Assembly (NCBI RefSeq): GCF_003918875.1
Contig: NW_025767575.1
Span: 248,001-312,000, forward strand
Source of the DNA: Haliotis rubra
Lineage: Eukaryota
Length of the DNA: 64,000 nt
Direction of reading: 5' to 3'
Made by a program: the position numbers and the translations under genes. Positions within the stretch are counted from its first letter, which is position 1. Every line of letters starts with the position of its first letter. The notes below the pieces were generated by a model. It ran no database searches. It was given only the letters and a program-made list of their open reading frames with translations, and was not told the DNA's origin. This document shows positions 26,399-39,399 of the stretch, one piece after another.

Positions 26399-26900
26399 CT
26401 ATTCTGTATTACAGCCTATATATGTCCTGTATTTTACAAGTGAGGTGAGACTCAAATAAATAATCTGTCTGTCTGTCTGTCTGTCTGTCGGTCGGTCTGT
26501 CTGTCGGTCTGTCTGTCTACAATTCAAAACCATCGAGCTTGCTACAGCAGGGCAAAAATAGGTCAGACCTAAAGGTGTCGTATAAAAGACAGAAAAGTAA
26601 AATGTGCATTTCATCTTCTATAATGTTAACACAATTAAAACAGTATCTATGGATAAAATATAGGTTCTCATAACGTCCTGTTTCAAACCTCAGTGGCGCT
26701 ACCCCACACCTAAACTTAACAAGCGCGGCTCTATGTGATCTCGGTAGAGGGTGAGTGAGGTAGCTCCCAGCTTGATATTGCCCCTTGAACTGCCTATAAT
26801 GTCGAAGTTTGCTGAGACCGGTTGATGAACGGTTGTGGTCAGGATTAGCATTTAGTTTCTCACTCCAGTTAGACATATAGCTTTCAAAAGATATTCTTGC
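26399..26900 (-). mobile_element. LINE ORF2 C-terminal remnant (same type as the 561-5115 element), interrupted by (CTGT)n
   Basis: LVKFRCGVAPLRFETGRY...CFNC...EDEMHILLFC. Confidence 0.75.
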
Positions 26901-27168
26901 AACTGTCTAAGATAAAAGGAGGCTTTCTAACGTTTCGCACCTTGACCGAACATTGAATGCCCGGACACAGGCGCAGTTATAAATACCCACTATTGTTATT
27001 ATATTATTGATAAATACCCACTATTGTTATTATATTATTTATGAAACTGAAAATTAAGATTTTGCAGATTGAAAGGATATAGAATTTAAAATGCTATACA
27101 TCTTACAATGAACGTTCCCACAATCCACTTGAACTCTTCAGGGTATAGAAAGAACGTTTACTTTGTAC

Positions 27169-27636
27169 GGTAACCCCCCATTACCCCTACATGCCACTAC
27201 CCCTACAGCTTATAACAACATAGTTTACGGTCTGTTGCACCACTCGTGCACTGCCTGTTACCTATTCCACACAATGGACCTCATTTCCCTCCACTTCTCA
27301 ATAATACTGTGTATCTTTTATCATGGCACTAAAACAACTTAATTTCAACATTTAACAACCTACACATTATCCAATTTGTAAAATTGTTCTACTCACTAGA
27401 GGTTTATCTTTCATCATGAAACTAAAACAACTTTTAGCTAATCCCAAATTTCCTTGACACAAAACACTAAAGAACAGTTTAATCCCTCCCTTGATCTCAT
27501 CTGTATACTCTATACACTAATCTCTCTTTGGGTCAGTTCATTATGCCAGACCGGTAAATGCCGTGTGTTGTTTTAACTAATTGTAGGGTACTGGGCTGTA
27601 GGGAAGTGGCATGTAGGGGTTATGGGATACAACCCT
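27169..27636. mobile_element. MITE-like element with ~40-bp imperfect TIRs
   Basis: ACCCCTACATGCCACTACCCCTACAGC at left versus GCTGTAGGGAAGTGGCATGTAGGGGT at right. Confidence 0.65.
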
Positions 27637-28139
27637 TTGTACAGTAATGGTTTAATACATTGTACAGTAATACTGTAATACTTTGTGCAGTACTGATATA
27701 CAGCCGGCCAGGGGATAGAAGTGCACACTCTTCGTTTAAAACATTGTCGGCGTCACCTGACAGTTTCTATGTATGAGTTTAACCACGCTTGTGTCATGAA
27801 TTATATAACCCCTCATTGCTAGCGACTGAAACAATCCTAACCGAGCGTGGCTTGTGTTGAACGGAAGTAGTTCCGGACCACTGACGGGAAGACAACACAT
27901 TTCCACGATAAAAGAGACAAATGAAGACGTTCTTGTTAATATTGAAAGATTTTAATTTCCGCTTCCATTGTGAACTCTGCTGACAGTTCTTGATAACAGC
28001 GGCATGACTCATAATAACTGGACCTCAATATCTTTCAACTGCGTAACGACTCACGGCTCAAGGCGTATGTTGTATTGCTCCTCTTCTGTCGGAAGTCACT
28101 GTATAATTCAATGTATCGACATATCGGGTGATCCGAAGG

Positions 28140-28328
28140 GTGGGGATCGGGGGATGGGGGACTGGGTGGAGGATGTGGGGTTCTGGGGATAGGGATGATG
28201 GATCGAGGGAGGTCGGGTTCGGGAGATTTAGGGATGGGGGGATAGGGATCGAGGGAGGTCGGGTTCGGGAGATTTAGGGATGGGGAGATAGGAATGATAT
28301 GGATCGAGGGAGGTCGGGTTCGGGAGAT
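28140..28328. repeat. G-rich short tandem repeat
   Basis: GGATCGAGGGAGGTCGGGTTCGGGAGAT three times. Confidence 0.8.
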
Positions 28329-28779
28329 CACAGTTAAGATCACAACGTATTGCGCAAATATACTTAAACTGTGTCTTCCCATTCTGCCTACAGTCCCATT
28401 CTGCCTTTGCGTTAAAACCAGATAATACGGTCCAGTGATCAGGAAGTAAGGTTAATGTGCTGTCCCATTCTACCCTTACTAAAATGAACTTGACCAATAC
28501 GGGAAACATGATATCTTTATTCTTTCTGAATGCATTTCATTCATTGGAAAATGTCAAGGGATTTAATACATAATCATTGGAACTGACAAAATCTTATGGA
28601 ATATAATACATATATACCAAATATGGAAAAAATATATGTCAATTTGACAAGCCTTAATCGATCAGTCAGTCAAATTGACATATCGCGTGGTCAGGCATGA
28701 TACAGATAATCTTATTTCATTCAGCTTAGTTATCAAGGAGGCATTACAAGTAACACTTACTTTCAAGAATGATGATAAT

Positions 28780-29400
28780 TCTATTGATATACAACTTCTT
28801 TCTTCTGTAATAGGCGACGTTTCGACATAGATTCTAATGTCGTTGTCAAGCAAGTGATACATTAAAAAAAGATTTGAGAGAATATAATACATGAGTTGTT
28901 ATAACAATAGATTGGGGATGAATTGTTTATACAATAGATGAGGTTAATGCACAAAGCTTGTCGTCGGATGTGATGGCTGGTTGATCCTACGTAGGGGAGA
29001 CTGATGGTGAAGGGGGATGTTTGTCGTTGGGTCGAGGGTGTTGTTGATGGTGTGGTTGGCGACAGGGCCAGGGTATTCATGGTAGTTGATGAAGACATAT
29101 GTAAGGTGGCCCAGCTCGGTACTAAGGGAGCCCATGGGTCTGTTGAAATGTCTTATCTTTCCAGGTGGAGTATGTTAAGCTGATGTAGACGTTGTGGAGT
29201 TCTATGATGGGGGAAAGGTGGGTGTCAGGGGTGGACTTCTTCTACTGTGGATGTGATGATGGTGGGCTAGTTCATAGGGAACATTAGTGAATAAGTCAAC
29301 CACGCCATAGCTAAGCAGCTTGTCATGTTCCCGGATGGTGCTGACCTTCCTGCAGAATTCCTTAGGGCATCGTTTTTTTTCTATTTGTTTCACCAAATTC
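28780..29400 (-). mobile_element. Penelope-like element remnant
   Basis: RT motif LLSYGVVDLFTNVP; linker motif ISLPYVGSTSHHIRR; pLTR-like end with GACAT...ATGTCGAAACGTC. Confidence 0.65.
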
Positions 29401-31301
29401 TGAACATGGGTCGGTCGGGAAAAATAAAACAGAAAAAAACTTGATAAAGACAATATTATCTGAATAATGTTCATGATTCGCATTTATTGTAATTCTTATT
29501 TCAATTTTTCGCGTTCTTTGGGCTTGCGGCAGCCATGTTTAGGAGATAAACATTTTATATGACGAGGCGGTACGTTTTAGGTTCGAGTCGGCGGTGTTGG
29601 AATGAAAAAGGTGTAATTTCAGTGAAATTGCATTAATTACCCTTTCTCCAAACCCAACAACATACCCTTCAGTGACTGGTAAATGGGTTGTTCCATTATT
29701 TTATAGGTAAAAAAATCATTTCCCATTCTGCCTACAGTAATATTTGTAGGCCGAATGTGATGTAGCCCTAGAATCTAGCAGTGAGTGTGATGGACGCGAC
29801 ACCGACAGGATGGTGTCTATGGTGCCAGCTTCCGCAGCGTCAAGTAGCAATTACAATGTTTATGCAACATCACCTCAGTGTGGGCAGTTGAATCTGCTGG
29901 CAGTAAACTATTTATCTACTCCTGTGCATGTAGACACATTAACATTGCCGAACAAACGCTGTGCTGTAAATACTTTGTTTAGTTTCAGGAACGAGGAAAG
30001 AGTTCATGAACCGAGGTCGAGTAGTTAAGCGACAGAATGTATTTGCTAAAAACTTCAGGGAGTTGCTGTAAAGAACAAATGGATTAAGTTTATAACAAGG
30101 ATGTAAACTAACACGAGGAACGCGCCCACATTCCATATAAGGCAACACGGTAACAGTAGTTACAAGTACTATGTATTCCAGCAATCTGTGCCCATCGAAT
30201 GTATCTTCTTAAATATAAATCCATCTGTGTTGTGCTTTACCAACACCGAGAACGTACCAATAATGTTTGTAGGTTTTTGTACAGGCTTTTAATACCACTC
30301 AGTTGTCTCAATACTGCAAGGGAACAATCAAATAACAATTCTACCATGACTTCAGTAAATACTGGCTTGTGATTGGTTAATTAACGCCATTCAGTGGTAT
30401 ATATAATTACGTTACGTAGGTCTGTGATGTTCGCTGCGCAAACATACATGGTTTACGGTAATGCACGTTTTCCGTCTGCTTAACACCATGGCGAACGTCA
30501 AACAACCAACCGATATTTCGAAGGATTACGGCGATTTTGCTGTCGAAAGTTATACATCTGTATTTGAAGATGGATTTAGCGATGATGAGCTTGACTCACT
30601 TTAGGTTTTGGTTGCGAAAATCAAAGGGAATTATGTCGGAATTCGTTTACCGTCGAAACAGACGGCTTGACGCGTCACCAAAGAAAGAATTCCAACTGAA
30701 ATTGTTCATAAACTTGTCATGGTTGAATGGAGATAAACCTACTGTGAAATAAGAGGTAGTATATGGGAATTATAATAGCTCTAAATTCAATTTAAAACCG
30801 AAAGCTAACGCGCTCCGTTTTAAATTAGATTTAGAGCTATTATACGCTAACGAGTTCAGTTTTAAATTACATTTCGAGCTATTATAATTCGGCTATACTA
30901 TCTCTAATGTCAAAACACAGTCAGTATATCTCCTACATATATTTCCTGATTTACTTTAGTACACTGCGGACGATCTTTAGACATTAATTGTTTTGAAGGC
31001 AAATTTTGTCAGCTGTTCAAAAAGATTCAAACATGCATTCTTACAAATGTAATAACATTATCAGAAAAGTCTTTATTGATGGTAATACAAGAGTTTTATT
31101 GATGGTAATACAAGCGTTTTCACGATTCGAATGTGTCATTGGGTTAAAAGATTAGCAAATTGCTGCTCTGCTGTGCATGGGACCCTGTGCATATACGGTG
31201 TTGTTGATGTAACATATATAAGATTGACCAACTCCACACTCGTCCCGACTGCGTTCTTCTTTGTCCATGTTGCACATCGAGCCTTCACTAACATGCTACA
31301 A

Positions 31302-31344
31302 ACACACACACACACACACGCACACGCACACACACGCACGCACA

Positions 31345-31376
<32 letters not shown>

Positions 31377-31385
31377 CACGCACAC
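31302..31385. repeat. (CA)n/(CACG)n microsatellite
   Basis: Direct inspection. Confidence 0.9.
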
Positions 31386-31386
31386 G

Positions 31387-31476
31387 TGTGTGTAAAGCCC
31401 ATTTCTGGTGTACCCCGCTTTGATATTGCTCGAATATTGACAAAAGTGGCGTAATACATAAACAATACTCACTCAC
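31387..31476 (+). mobile_element. SINE family B 3' fragment
   Basis: AAGCCCATTTCTGGTGT...GATATTGCT...AATATTG...GGCGTAA. Confidence 0.7.
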
Positions 31477-31514
31477 CGTAGTGAACTGGTTATATGGGCT
31501 GCGGATGCAGCAGC

Positions 31515-31936
31515 GTGATGATGTCAGGTGCGTCTTTGTGTGATAATGATCTACTACATCTGTCAGTGTGATGTGTCAGGTGCGTCTTTGTGTGATAATG
31601 ATCTACTACATCTGTCAGTGTGATGTGTCAGGTGCGTCTTTGTGTGATAATGATCTACTACATCTGTCAGTGTGATGTGTCAGGTGCGTCTTTGTGTGAT
31701 AATGATCTACTACATCTGTCAGTGTGATGTGTCAGGTGCGTCTTTGTGTGATAATGATCTACTACATCTGTCAGTGTGATGTGTCAGGTGCGTCTTTGTG
31801 TGATAATGATCTACTACATCTGTCAGTGTGATGTGTCAGGTGCGTCTTTGTGTGATAATGATCTACTTCATCTGTCAGTGTGATGTGTCAGGTGCGTCTT
31901 TGTGTGATAATGATCTACTACATCTGTCAGTGTGAT
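31515..31936. repeat. Minisatellite, 52-bp unit, ~8 copies
   Basis: GTGATGTGTCAGGTGCGTCTTTGTGTGATAATGATCTACTACATCTGTCAGT repeated. Confidence 0.95.
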
Positions 31937-31964
31937 CATGAGTTCCGGAGTTGCCTTCAGCAGT

Positions 31965-32084
31965 CCCGGGGAATGTTCACCTGGACCCCCGGGGGATGTT
32001 CACCTGGACCCCCGGGGGATGTTCACCTGGACCCCCGGGGGATGTTCACCTGGACCCCGGGGATGTTCACCTGGACCCCCGGGG
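31965..32084. repeat. Minisatellite, ~24-bp unit, ~5 copies
   Basis: CCCCGGGGGATGTTCACCTGGACC. Confidence 0.9.
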
Positions 32085-32715
32085 CAGACTGTCACTGTCA
32101 CCAATCCTTAGAGGGGAGGAGTGAACAGAATTAGCAGCTTCAGCAGGGATATAACGATGATATCCAGTCTTTCAAAAGTGGATTAATCAGTCGACATGCA
32201 TCGGCGTTAAGTAAGATTGAGAACGTTCCCATCGCCTGCATTCAACCTGCTCACTGAGGGACTACATCCTGTAGAACATATTTTGTGGAGATGCAGCCCA
32301 CTTCAGTTTGGTTGACGCGGTGGGCTACTTTCCACGCCGCACCGACACGGTCCGGACACATAATGCTGCAGTTATCACAAGTGTTTGATGAAATGCAGGC
32401 AGACGTTATATACACAAAGAACTTAAATAAACACCTCTGTATTTTTGCAATGATAGATTTTCAAACTTCTCGTGGTGACAACGATGGAAAAACATGAGTT
32501 TTTCTGACCCGTATAATCCTTTGTCTCATAAAAACGACAAAATAATTGGAATCCATGTTGATTTTATGATGAGAATTGCTCATTAAAAAAAACAACAACT
32601 GATTTTCGTACAAAACCATGTCTGTACAAGTATGGCTCTGGAATGTTTAATGTTGAATTTATTGGTGAATGTGAACATTCATTATGTCATGTTGCTCGTC
32701 TTACACGATTCAAGG

Positions 32716-32930
32716 TCAATACCGAGTGTAACCTCCATGTGACTGTATGACAGCCAGCACTCTCCTCCTCATACCCCTGTCAGTCTCCTGATCCTCTGAA
32801 GGGGCAGTCTACGCCATTCTTCGTGTAAAGCAGCTTCCGACTGGGCCAGGTTCTGTACAGGAGGATCCCTTTGTTGCACACGACGACCAATCATGTCCCA
32901 GATATGCTCCAAAAGATTAAGATCGGGGCT
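32716..32930 (-). mobile_element. Tc1-family transposase C-terminal remnant
   Basis: Manual translation SPDLNLLEHIWDMIGRRV...LHEEW...GGYTRY*. Confidence 0.8.
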
Positions 32931-35177
32931 CATTCAATCGTGAGATATGTCAGGGGGTGCTTAACTAAGTTCTTTGTGTATAAACGTGTAACTGCCAATA
33001 ACATAAGTGTTCAACACATATGGGTGTTAATAACATAGATGTCCGACTCATATATGAGTCAGTAGCACAGTTGTTTGTGTACATATGTGTAGCTGCCAAT
33101 AACATCAGTAACAGTAGTGTTCGAATTCGACACATGTCTCTGTCAAGTAAATGGATGTTCGACACATATGACTGTCAGTAACATAAGCGTTGGGGTTATG
33201 TGTAGTTGTTGGTGTCAGGTGTCAAGACGGGATGTTCAAAAGATGTAATGAAAACAGAGACAACACATCATGTGTTGAACAACGTCTCTGTTAATGCCGC
33301 ACATCGATATTTCTGCTAATATTCGAGCAAGGACACGAAAGTCTGACACCATGATCAAAGTACCACGCCGTGTGGACGCCAAGCCAGTTTCCCACCCTGA
33401 CCACCAGATCCATTAAGTCGTCAGCTGATCGATCCTGCGGGGCTTCACACACGAAGGTGCAGTTATATTTTGAACCTGCATTAGCACTTATTTCTAGGTA
33501 GCAGCGGAACATGTTTGGAGACATCAGTTGGATGGTATGCTCGTCCACGGAACGGACTGTGGTGTTGAGGCATCAACCAGCGTGGGTGTCTGACGCTGTG
33601 ACGCAGATCTACATAGTCACTAAAGACGCTATAGATGCCCTCTGCTCTAAACATCAACACTGCATATACGTCATGACGTCGTAGACAGTTGAGATACCTT
33701 GGTACCGTCCGCCACCAGCATCACACACTCAACTTTGTAGACAAGTTAATGCGCTTGAGCCAACTGGGACGCTCCCCCTGGTACAACACCACCTCACATA
33801 ACTGACAGCAGGGTAATTATTATCAGGGCAAATCTGAACTTTGTGACGGAGTGAGATTCTACAGCGATTCAATCCTTCAGCGCTGTTAGACAACTGACAA
33901 ACTCATGGCACTTGGGAAACTTGGTACACTTGGTACATTTGTATTCAGTTAAGGCCCAAGATGATTACACGCATCTTAAACATAAACCCCAATAATGCTT
34001 TCTTTCGACTACTAATTAACTTCCTTGTCAATATAATGCATTTTGCTTAGTTTCATTTCCCACTGGTATTGTCGAGGAGTGATGAAGCTAAATTAAAAAA
34101 GACGTGCAGTTAAAGACAACCATTCGTGTCTAGAGTCCCATGGGACAATGCTCATGTCAATGTATCTGGAGGATGTTATTCTGGACAAATATTGGTGCGC
34201 TGAACTCAAACCAGGGTTTCACAGTAACTGTTATTGAGACATGGGAGATGATTGAATGATTTTGTACTTTATGTTTGACATATTGTAAACCATTCTTATC
34301 TTTGTGATAAACATGAAATGTATAAATTTATTGTCAGTTGTTCCATACGTTTTGGGAACAGGAACTGAACAGCAGAGCTGCAAATGACTACAGATCTCTA
34401 TTCAGACATCTTTTACAACTATTTTCACAAAACCACAATAAAACACCAGAATGACGGTGGGCTGGTCTTGTTCACAGTGTTTAATGAAATGTTTAAAGTA
34501 AATTATGAAAATGGATATTTTTCAAGTCTTTTTGTGTGAACATATAAAAGTTGTCTCTATTAACACACGGCTGTCCACAGAAAATGCTGCTCATCTTGAC
34601 ATATAAAGAGAGAATGGTATTCTACTTCAATAAATGGTACAATGCCGAGAACGCACGTTCTGTCTTCCCTGGAAACACCAGGCCACCTGCTGGTTCCACA
34701 GACAGGTTCTTACTTCATGATATATTTGAGGCTCAGGAAGTAAGTTTGGAGAGTAGTCTGGAGGTAAGTCTGGAGGTAAGCCTGGAGAGTAGTCTGGAGG
34801 TAAGTCAGGAGGTAAGTCTGGAGAGTAGTGCATAGTTTTCTAAAGGAAGTAATCCTTTAAAGGAGAACAACAATTTCCTTAGAGCATAATCACAAGGTGT
34901 TATTCCATCACAGGAAGTAGCGATCTTGAAAGGGATGATTAAAACAAAACCCTACTTATCTTGAGAGATCAAAACCAAACCGAATATATTCTGAACTGCG
35001 AAAGAAACGCCACGCTGATAGAAGTTTCCTAAAGCACACACTTTAATTCGCTCTAATTAACAATCGTGGATTGAGTTCAAACTTGACAATTATGGTTAAC
35101 ACATTTTCGTGAATCACATTGATATCTCGCGCAAGCAAAATCACAAAATCACATGGTACCATTAAGATACCCCAAAG

Positions 35178-36140
35178 TCAATATCGTATGTGGCATCCAT
35201 GGGCATCGATGACGGGGTTGCATCGTCTGTACATGGGATGAATTAGCCGGTTGATGATGGCCATATGCACTTTTGTCCATACTCTGCGAAATGCCTGATT
35301 GAGTTCAGCAGCAGTTGTCAGCCTTGGTTGGAGGTCATTCAGTCCTCTTTGAATCTCGTCACAAAGGTGTTCTGTTGAACGTAAATCCGGACAAGTGCAG
35401 GCCATTGTAGAGTTTGGATGCCATGTTGGCTAAGGAAGTCCAGTGTTGCTCTGGCAGTGTGGGCACGAGCTTTGTCTTGCGTGGGGTCTTATGACTTGGT
35501 GAATATAGTGAGCCTTTTCCTCTTCTTGAGCCGAGATTCTGGAACACCACGGGGCCAACTCTCTGGTTCAGACCGATTGCACCCAACAACATGATGCTTG
35601 GACCACCCCACGAGTCTCTTTCAACAATACACTTATTGAAAAATCGTTCGCCTTCGTCATGCTACCACTCTGCCATCGGCTGTCGAAACACAATATCGTC
35701 TTTCATCAGATAAAAGCAAAGTTCTCCACTGTCGATAACGCCAATTTAGATGCTGAGTTGCCCATTGCATGCGGTTTTAGCGGTGACGAGCGGTGAGGAC
35801 AGGACCACGATATGGTCTGTGACAGCAGAGGTTTCTTCCGCGCAAACGTCGACGCACTGTATCGGCACTAATGGGTCTGTTGTGAGTCTCAATGGCCTGA
35901 CGTGCTGTTTCCGTCGCTCTGATGAAGCGATCCTGACGGTCTTGACGTTGTGATGTTACTGAAGGTCGTCCACTGCGTGGACAGTCTTGGATGCTGTTAG
36001 TGGAATGATACCGCTCCTGCAGTCGCTAGATTGTCCTAACATGAACATAAAAGTGATTGGCTATCCTCTGTGCAGTCTGGCCAACTTGCAATCGTCCCAA
36101 ATCTTGGTTCCTCTGATCTCTCGTAAGTCGTGGCATGGCG
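35178..36140 (-). mobile_element. Decayed Tc1-family transposase
   Basis: WRTLLLSDE-like, WGGPSIM..GAIG and PDLRSTEHLCDEI...GCHIRY* segments in shifted frames. Confidence 0.7.
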
Positions 36141-36273
36141 ACTGTGTCAAAGCAAGAATGATTTCAGACGGGTTTGGGACTCGCTTTCATTGGTAGGGTT
36201 GTCACAATATGCACGTCAATTTTCCTTTTCACGAATGCCATACGGAATCTTTCACCACGTCAGTCTTTTTAGG

Positions 36274-36935
36274 TAGTGTGTCTAGTTGAACATGGGAGAC
36301 AGTGTGTCTAGTTGAACATGGGAGACAGTGTGTCTAGTTGAACATGGGAGACAGTGTGTCTAGTTGAACATGGGAGATAGTGTGTCTAGTTGAACATGGG
36401 AGACAGTGTGTTTACTTGAACATTGGAGACAGTGTGTCTAGTTGAACATGGGAGACAGTGTGTCTAGTTGAACATGGGAGACAGTGTGTCTAGTTGGGAA
36501 CATGTTGAACATGGGGAGTCTAGTTGTGACAGTGTGTCTAGTTGAACATGTCTAGTTGAACATGGGAGACAGTGTGTCTAGTTGGGAGATAGTGTGTCTA
36601 GTTGAACAGTTGGGAGACAGTGTGTCTAGTTGAACATGGGAGACAGTGTGTCTAGTTGAACATGAGAGACAGTGTGTCTAGTTGGACATGGGAGACAGTG
36701 TGTCTAGTTGAACATGGGAGATAGTGTGTCTAGTTGAACATGGGAGATAGTGTGTCTAGTTGAACATGGGAGATAGTGTGTCTAGTTGAACATGGGAGAC
36801 AGTGTGTCTAGTTGAACATGGGAGATAGTGTGTCTAGTTGAACATAGGAGATAGTGTGTCTAGTTGAACATTGGAGACTGTGTCTTTAGTTGAACATGGG
36901 AGATAGTTTGTGTAGTTGAACATGGGAGACGGTGT
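36274..36935. repeat. Minisatellite, 26-bp unit
   Basis: AGTGTGTCTAGTTGAACATGGGAGAC repeated. Confidence 0.95.
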
Positions 36936-36968
36936 ATTTACTTAAATATGAGCGTGTATCTAACATAA

Positions 36969-37705
36969 CAACGTTTGGTATGGATTTACAATTTCTCAAC
37001 TATTTACAACACGACGTTTCTGGGCTACTTCTTGCCCCTTCATTGAGTGAATGACAGAATATGATTTACAAGCAAGATATGTATTGTACGTACAGGAGGC
37101 AAGTGTGATGGAATTAAAGATTAAGATTACAGAGATCAGCTAGCTGGGTGTCGGCTACCAGAGACACCTTGTAGAAACCATCGTCAAGTCCACCGTTCAA
37201 CAACGAGATCAACCTCCAACTAAACCTGAACCATCCCCAATCTTCATTAACATTCCCTGTGCTGGATCCATGAGTCATTACATCAGAAAGCTGCCAGCAT
37301 TGACACAGCTATCTCATCTGGCAAACCCCTCAAATCTTTATTAAGAACCAGTGTTACGGAAGCCGCCAGACGACTCCTAATCCAAGACGGTGCGCATATT
37401 GAAATGCACACGTTGCTGCTCCTCATCGCTGTACTTCGTTAGTGGCTTCCAGTCAATGTATATCCTTTTCGTTGTATAAACACTCTGTACACATTTCATA
37501 AACATCTCAATCGACACATGTCACTTAATCTCACTTAATCTCCTTGATCTGTGTACATCTCAGTCTTTAATTCCACCTCAATGGCCTCCTGTACGTACTA
37601 TATGTGTTGCTTGTAAATCATTTACCCGATAAAGGGGCAAGAAGTAACCTGAAACGTCGTGTTGTAAATAGCAAAGAAGGTTGTAAATCCATACCATACG
37701 TTGTT
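36969..37705. mobile_element. Penelope-like remnant with ~170-bp inverted terminal (pLTR-like) repeats
   Basis: 36969-37138 is an imperfect reverse complement of 37545-37705; internal IFINIPCAGSMSHYIRKL linker motif. Confidence 0.65.
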
Positions 37706-37717
37706 GGTGATCGGGAA

Positions 37718-37822
37718 GAAAGTCATAGGAATAAAAGTCATGGACAAAAAGTCATGGGAATAAAAGTCATGGGTATAAAAGTCATGGGAAAAAAGTCATG
37801 GGGAAAAAAGTCATGGGAAAAA
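37718..37822. repeat. ~16-bp tandem repeat (AAAAGTCATGGG)
   Basis: About six to seven copies; resembles DNA-transposon subterminal repeats. Confidence 0.8.
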
Positions 37823-38123
37823 TAACTACATATGATAAAACATCATGTTCTCCTGTTAGTAACTTTGTTTATTAAATAAATTTAATAATACCATTTCACT
37901 TTCATCGTGAGTAATAAAACACCCTGTCCTCCAGTTATTCGCGAAAACGTCCTGTTCTCCATTTACTTTGTTTATACTATTTCACTTTCAAGTTAATTAT
38001 TCCTTTCAGTGTCATGCTGTAAGCAATTGGATCTTATTAAAACACGAGAAATGAACATATTATTAGTTCTCTAGTTCTAATCTGCTTTTGCAGATGGTAG
38101 TGTGATCTGTTCATTTTATGATG

Positions 38124-38370
38124 CCCGTGAAGGTCTGGGTTAGAATAGTGATCTTCAGTAACCCATGCTTGTCGTAAGAGGCGTCTAACGGGATCGGGTG
38201 GTCAGGCTCGCTGACTTGGTTGACACATGTAATCGGTTCCCAATTGCGCAGATCAATGCTCATGCTGTTGATCACTAGAATTGTCTGGTCCAGACTCGAT
38301 TATTTACAGACTGCCGCCATATAGCTGGAATATTGCTGAATGCGGTGTAAAACTAAACTCACTCACTCAC
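38124..38370 (+). mobile_element. SINE-like retroposon, family A, full-length copy
   Basis: Starts CCCGTGAAGG, ends (ACTC)n; TSD TTTATGATG. Confidence 0.9.
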
Positions 38371-39399
38371 AGTTTATGATGGGAAAATGTCATGGGAAAC
38401 AGTATTTCTAGTTTAACATATTAGATAGTGTGTTTCAAGTACCTTGTTGTATCGTCCCCTTGTTTGTGCCAAGTAGACCTGTCATGTGACATTGTAGAGA
38501 AGTAGTCAATCAGCTGTAAATAGTTCAAGTCATAGATCTACACTTATTGGTTCCTGGAATGACGGTCCAGCATGACATGGGATGTATAACTTCACATCGT
38601 TACATCATTACATCGTTACATCCGTTGTAGATGATGCAATCTTCTCCCTATTACGACATGATAAATGGATGCAACATTAAATGTGAAATATTGATGCAGA
38701 AGTAAACAAGCTATACTTGGACAAGACTGTTCATTCAAGATCCTAACTGCGAACTTGTACCACCTGATCATAGAATAATTTGTCGTAGGCGATATGCCTG
38801 GAAGTGTAGTTCTTATCTGAGTGCGGCATTTATTGAAAACAAATTGGCGTTTCCCACACAACAGTATCCGGCAGTATGGTTTATTCTTGGACAGAGGTAG
38901 TACTTAATAACTACAGGATCTAATCGCGGACGACCTTTGATACACAAGTCCTTCTCTCTGATGTAGGAGATGGGAGGAGAATGTCTCACTAGAATTTGAA
39001 CATATACGAACCAAATAACCCCGACAGTGGCAGGGCCAGTCTTACAGAATTACACACCAAGAAATGACTACACCAAACTGCACCAGTCCGAAACAGACGT
39101 AACAATGAAATGTATGCTGGCCATTAGCTGCCTGGCTCGGAGAGAGTGGGTTCGAATCCCGAATGGGACTCAGTCTAACAAAAGTACTAGAATCTCAAAT
39201 ATAGCATATGTTGCAATGAGCAACGATACATAGCAATGACTAACACAACTCACAAGAATTAATAATGACACAAGGTCTTTTTTATCGATTTTCATGTTGA
39301 ACGTGCATTTACAGGTTGAGTGAACATAGAACTTTTACTTGTCAGCTTCTGTTACTGCACGTTATAATATAACACGTGACGGCGTCATTATCGCATGGC

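Noticed and set aside
30770-30890. AT-rich inverted repeats
   Set aside because: Probably part of an unclassified non-autonomous DNA element; boundaries could not be defined.
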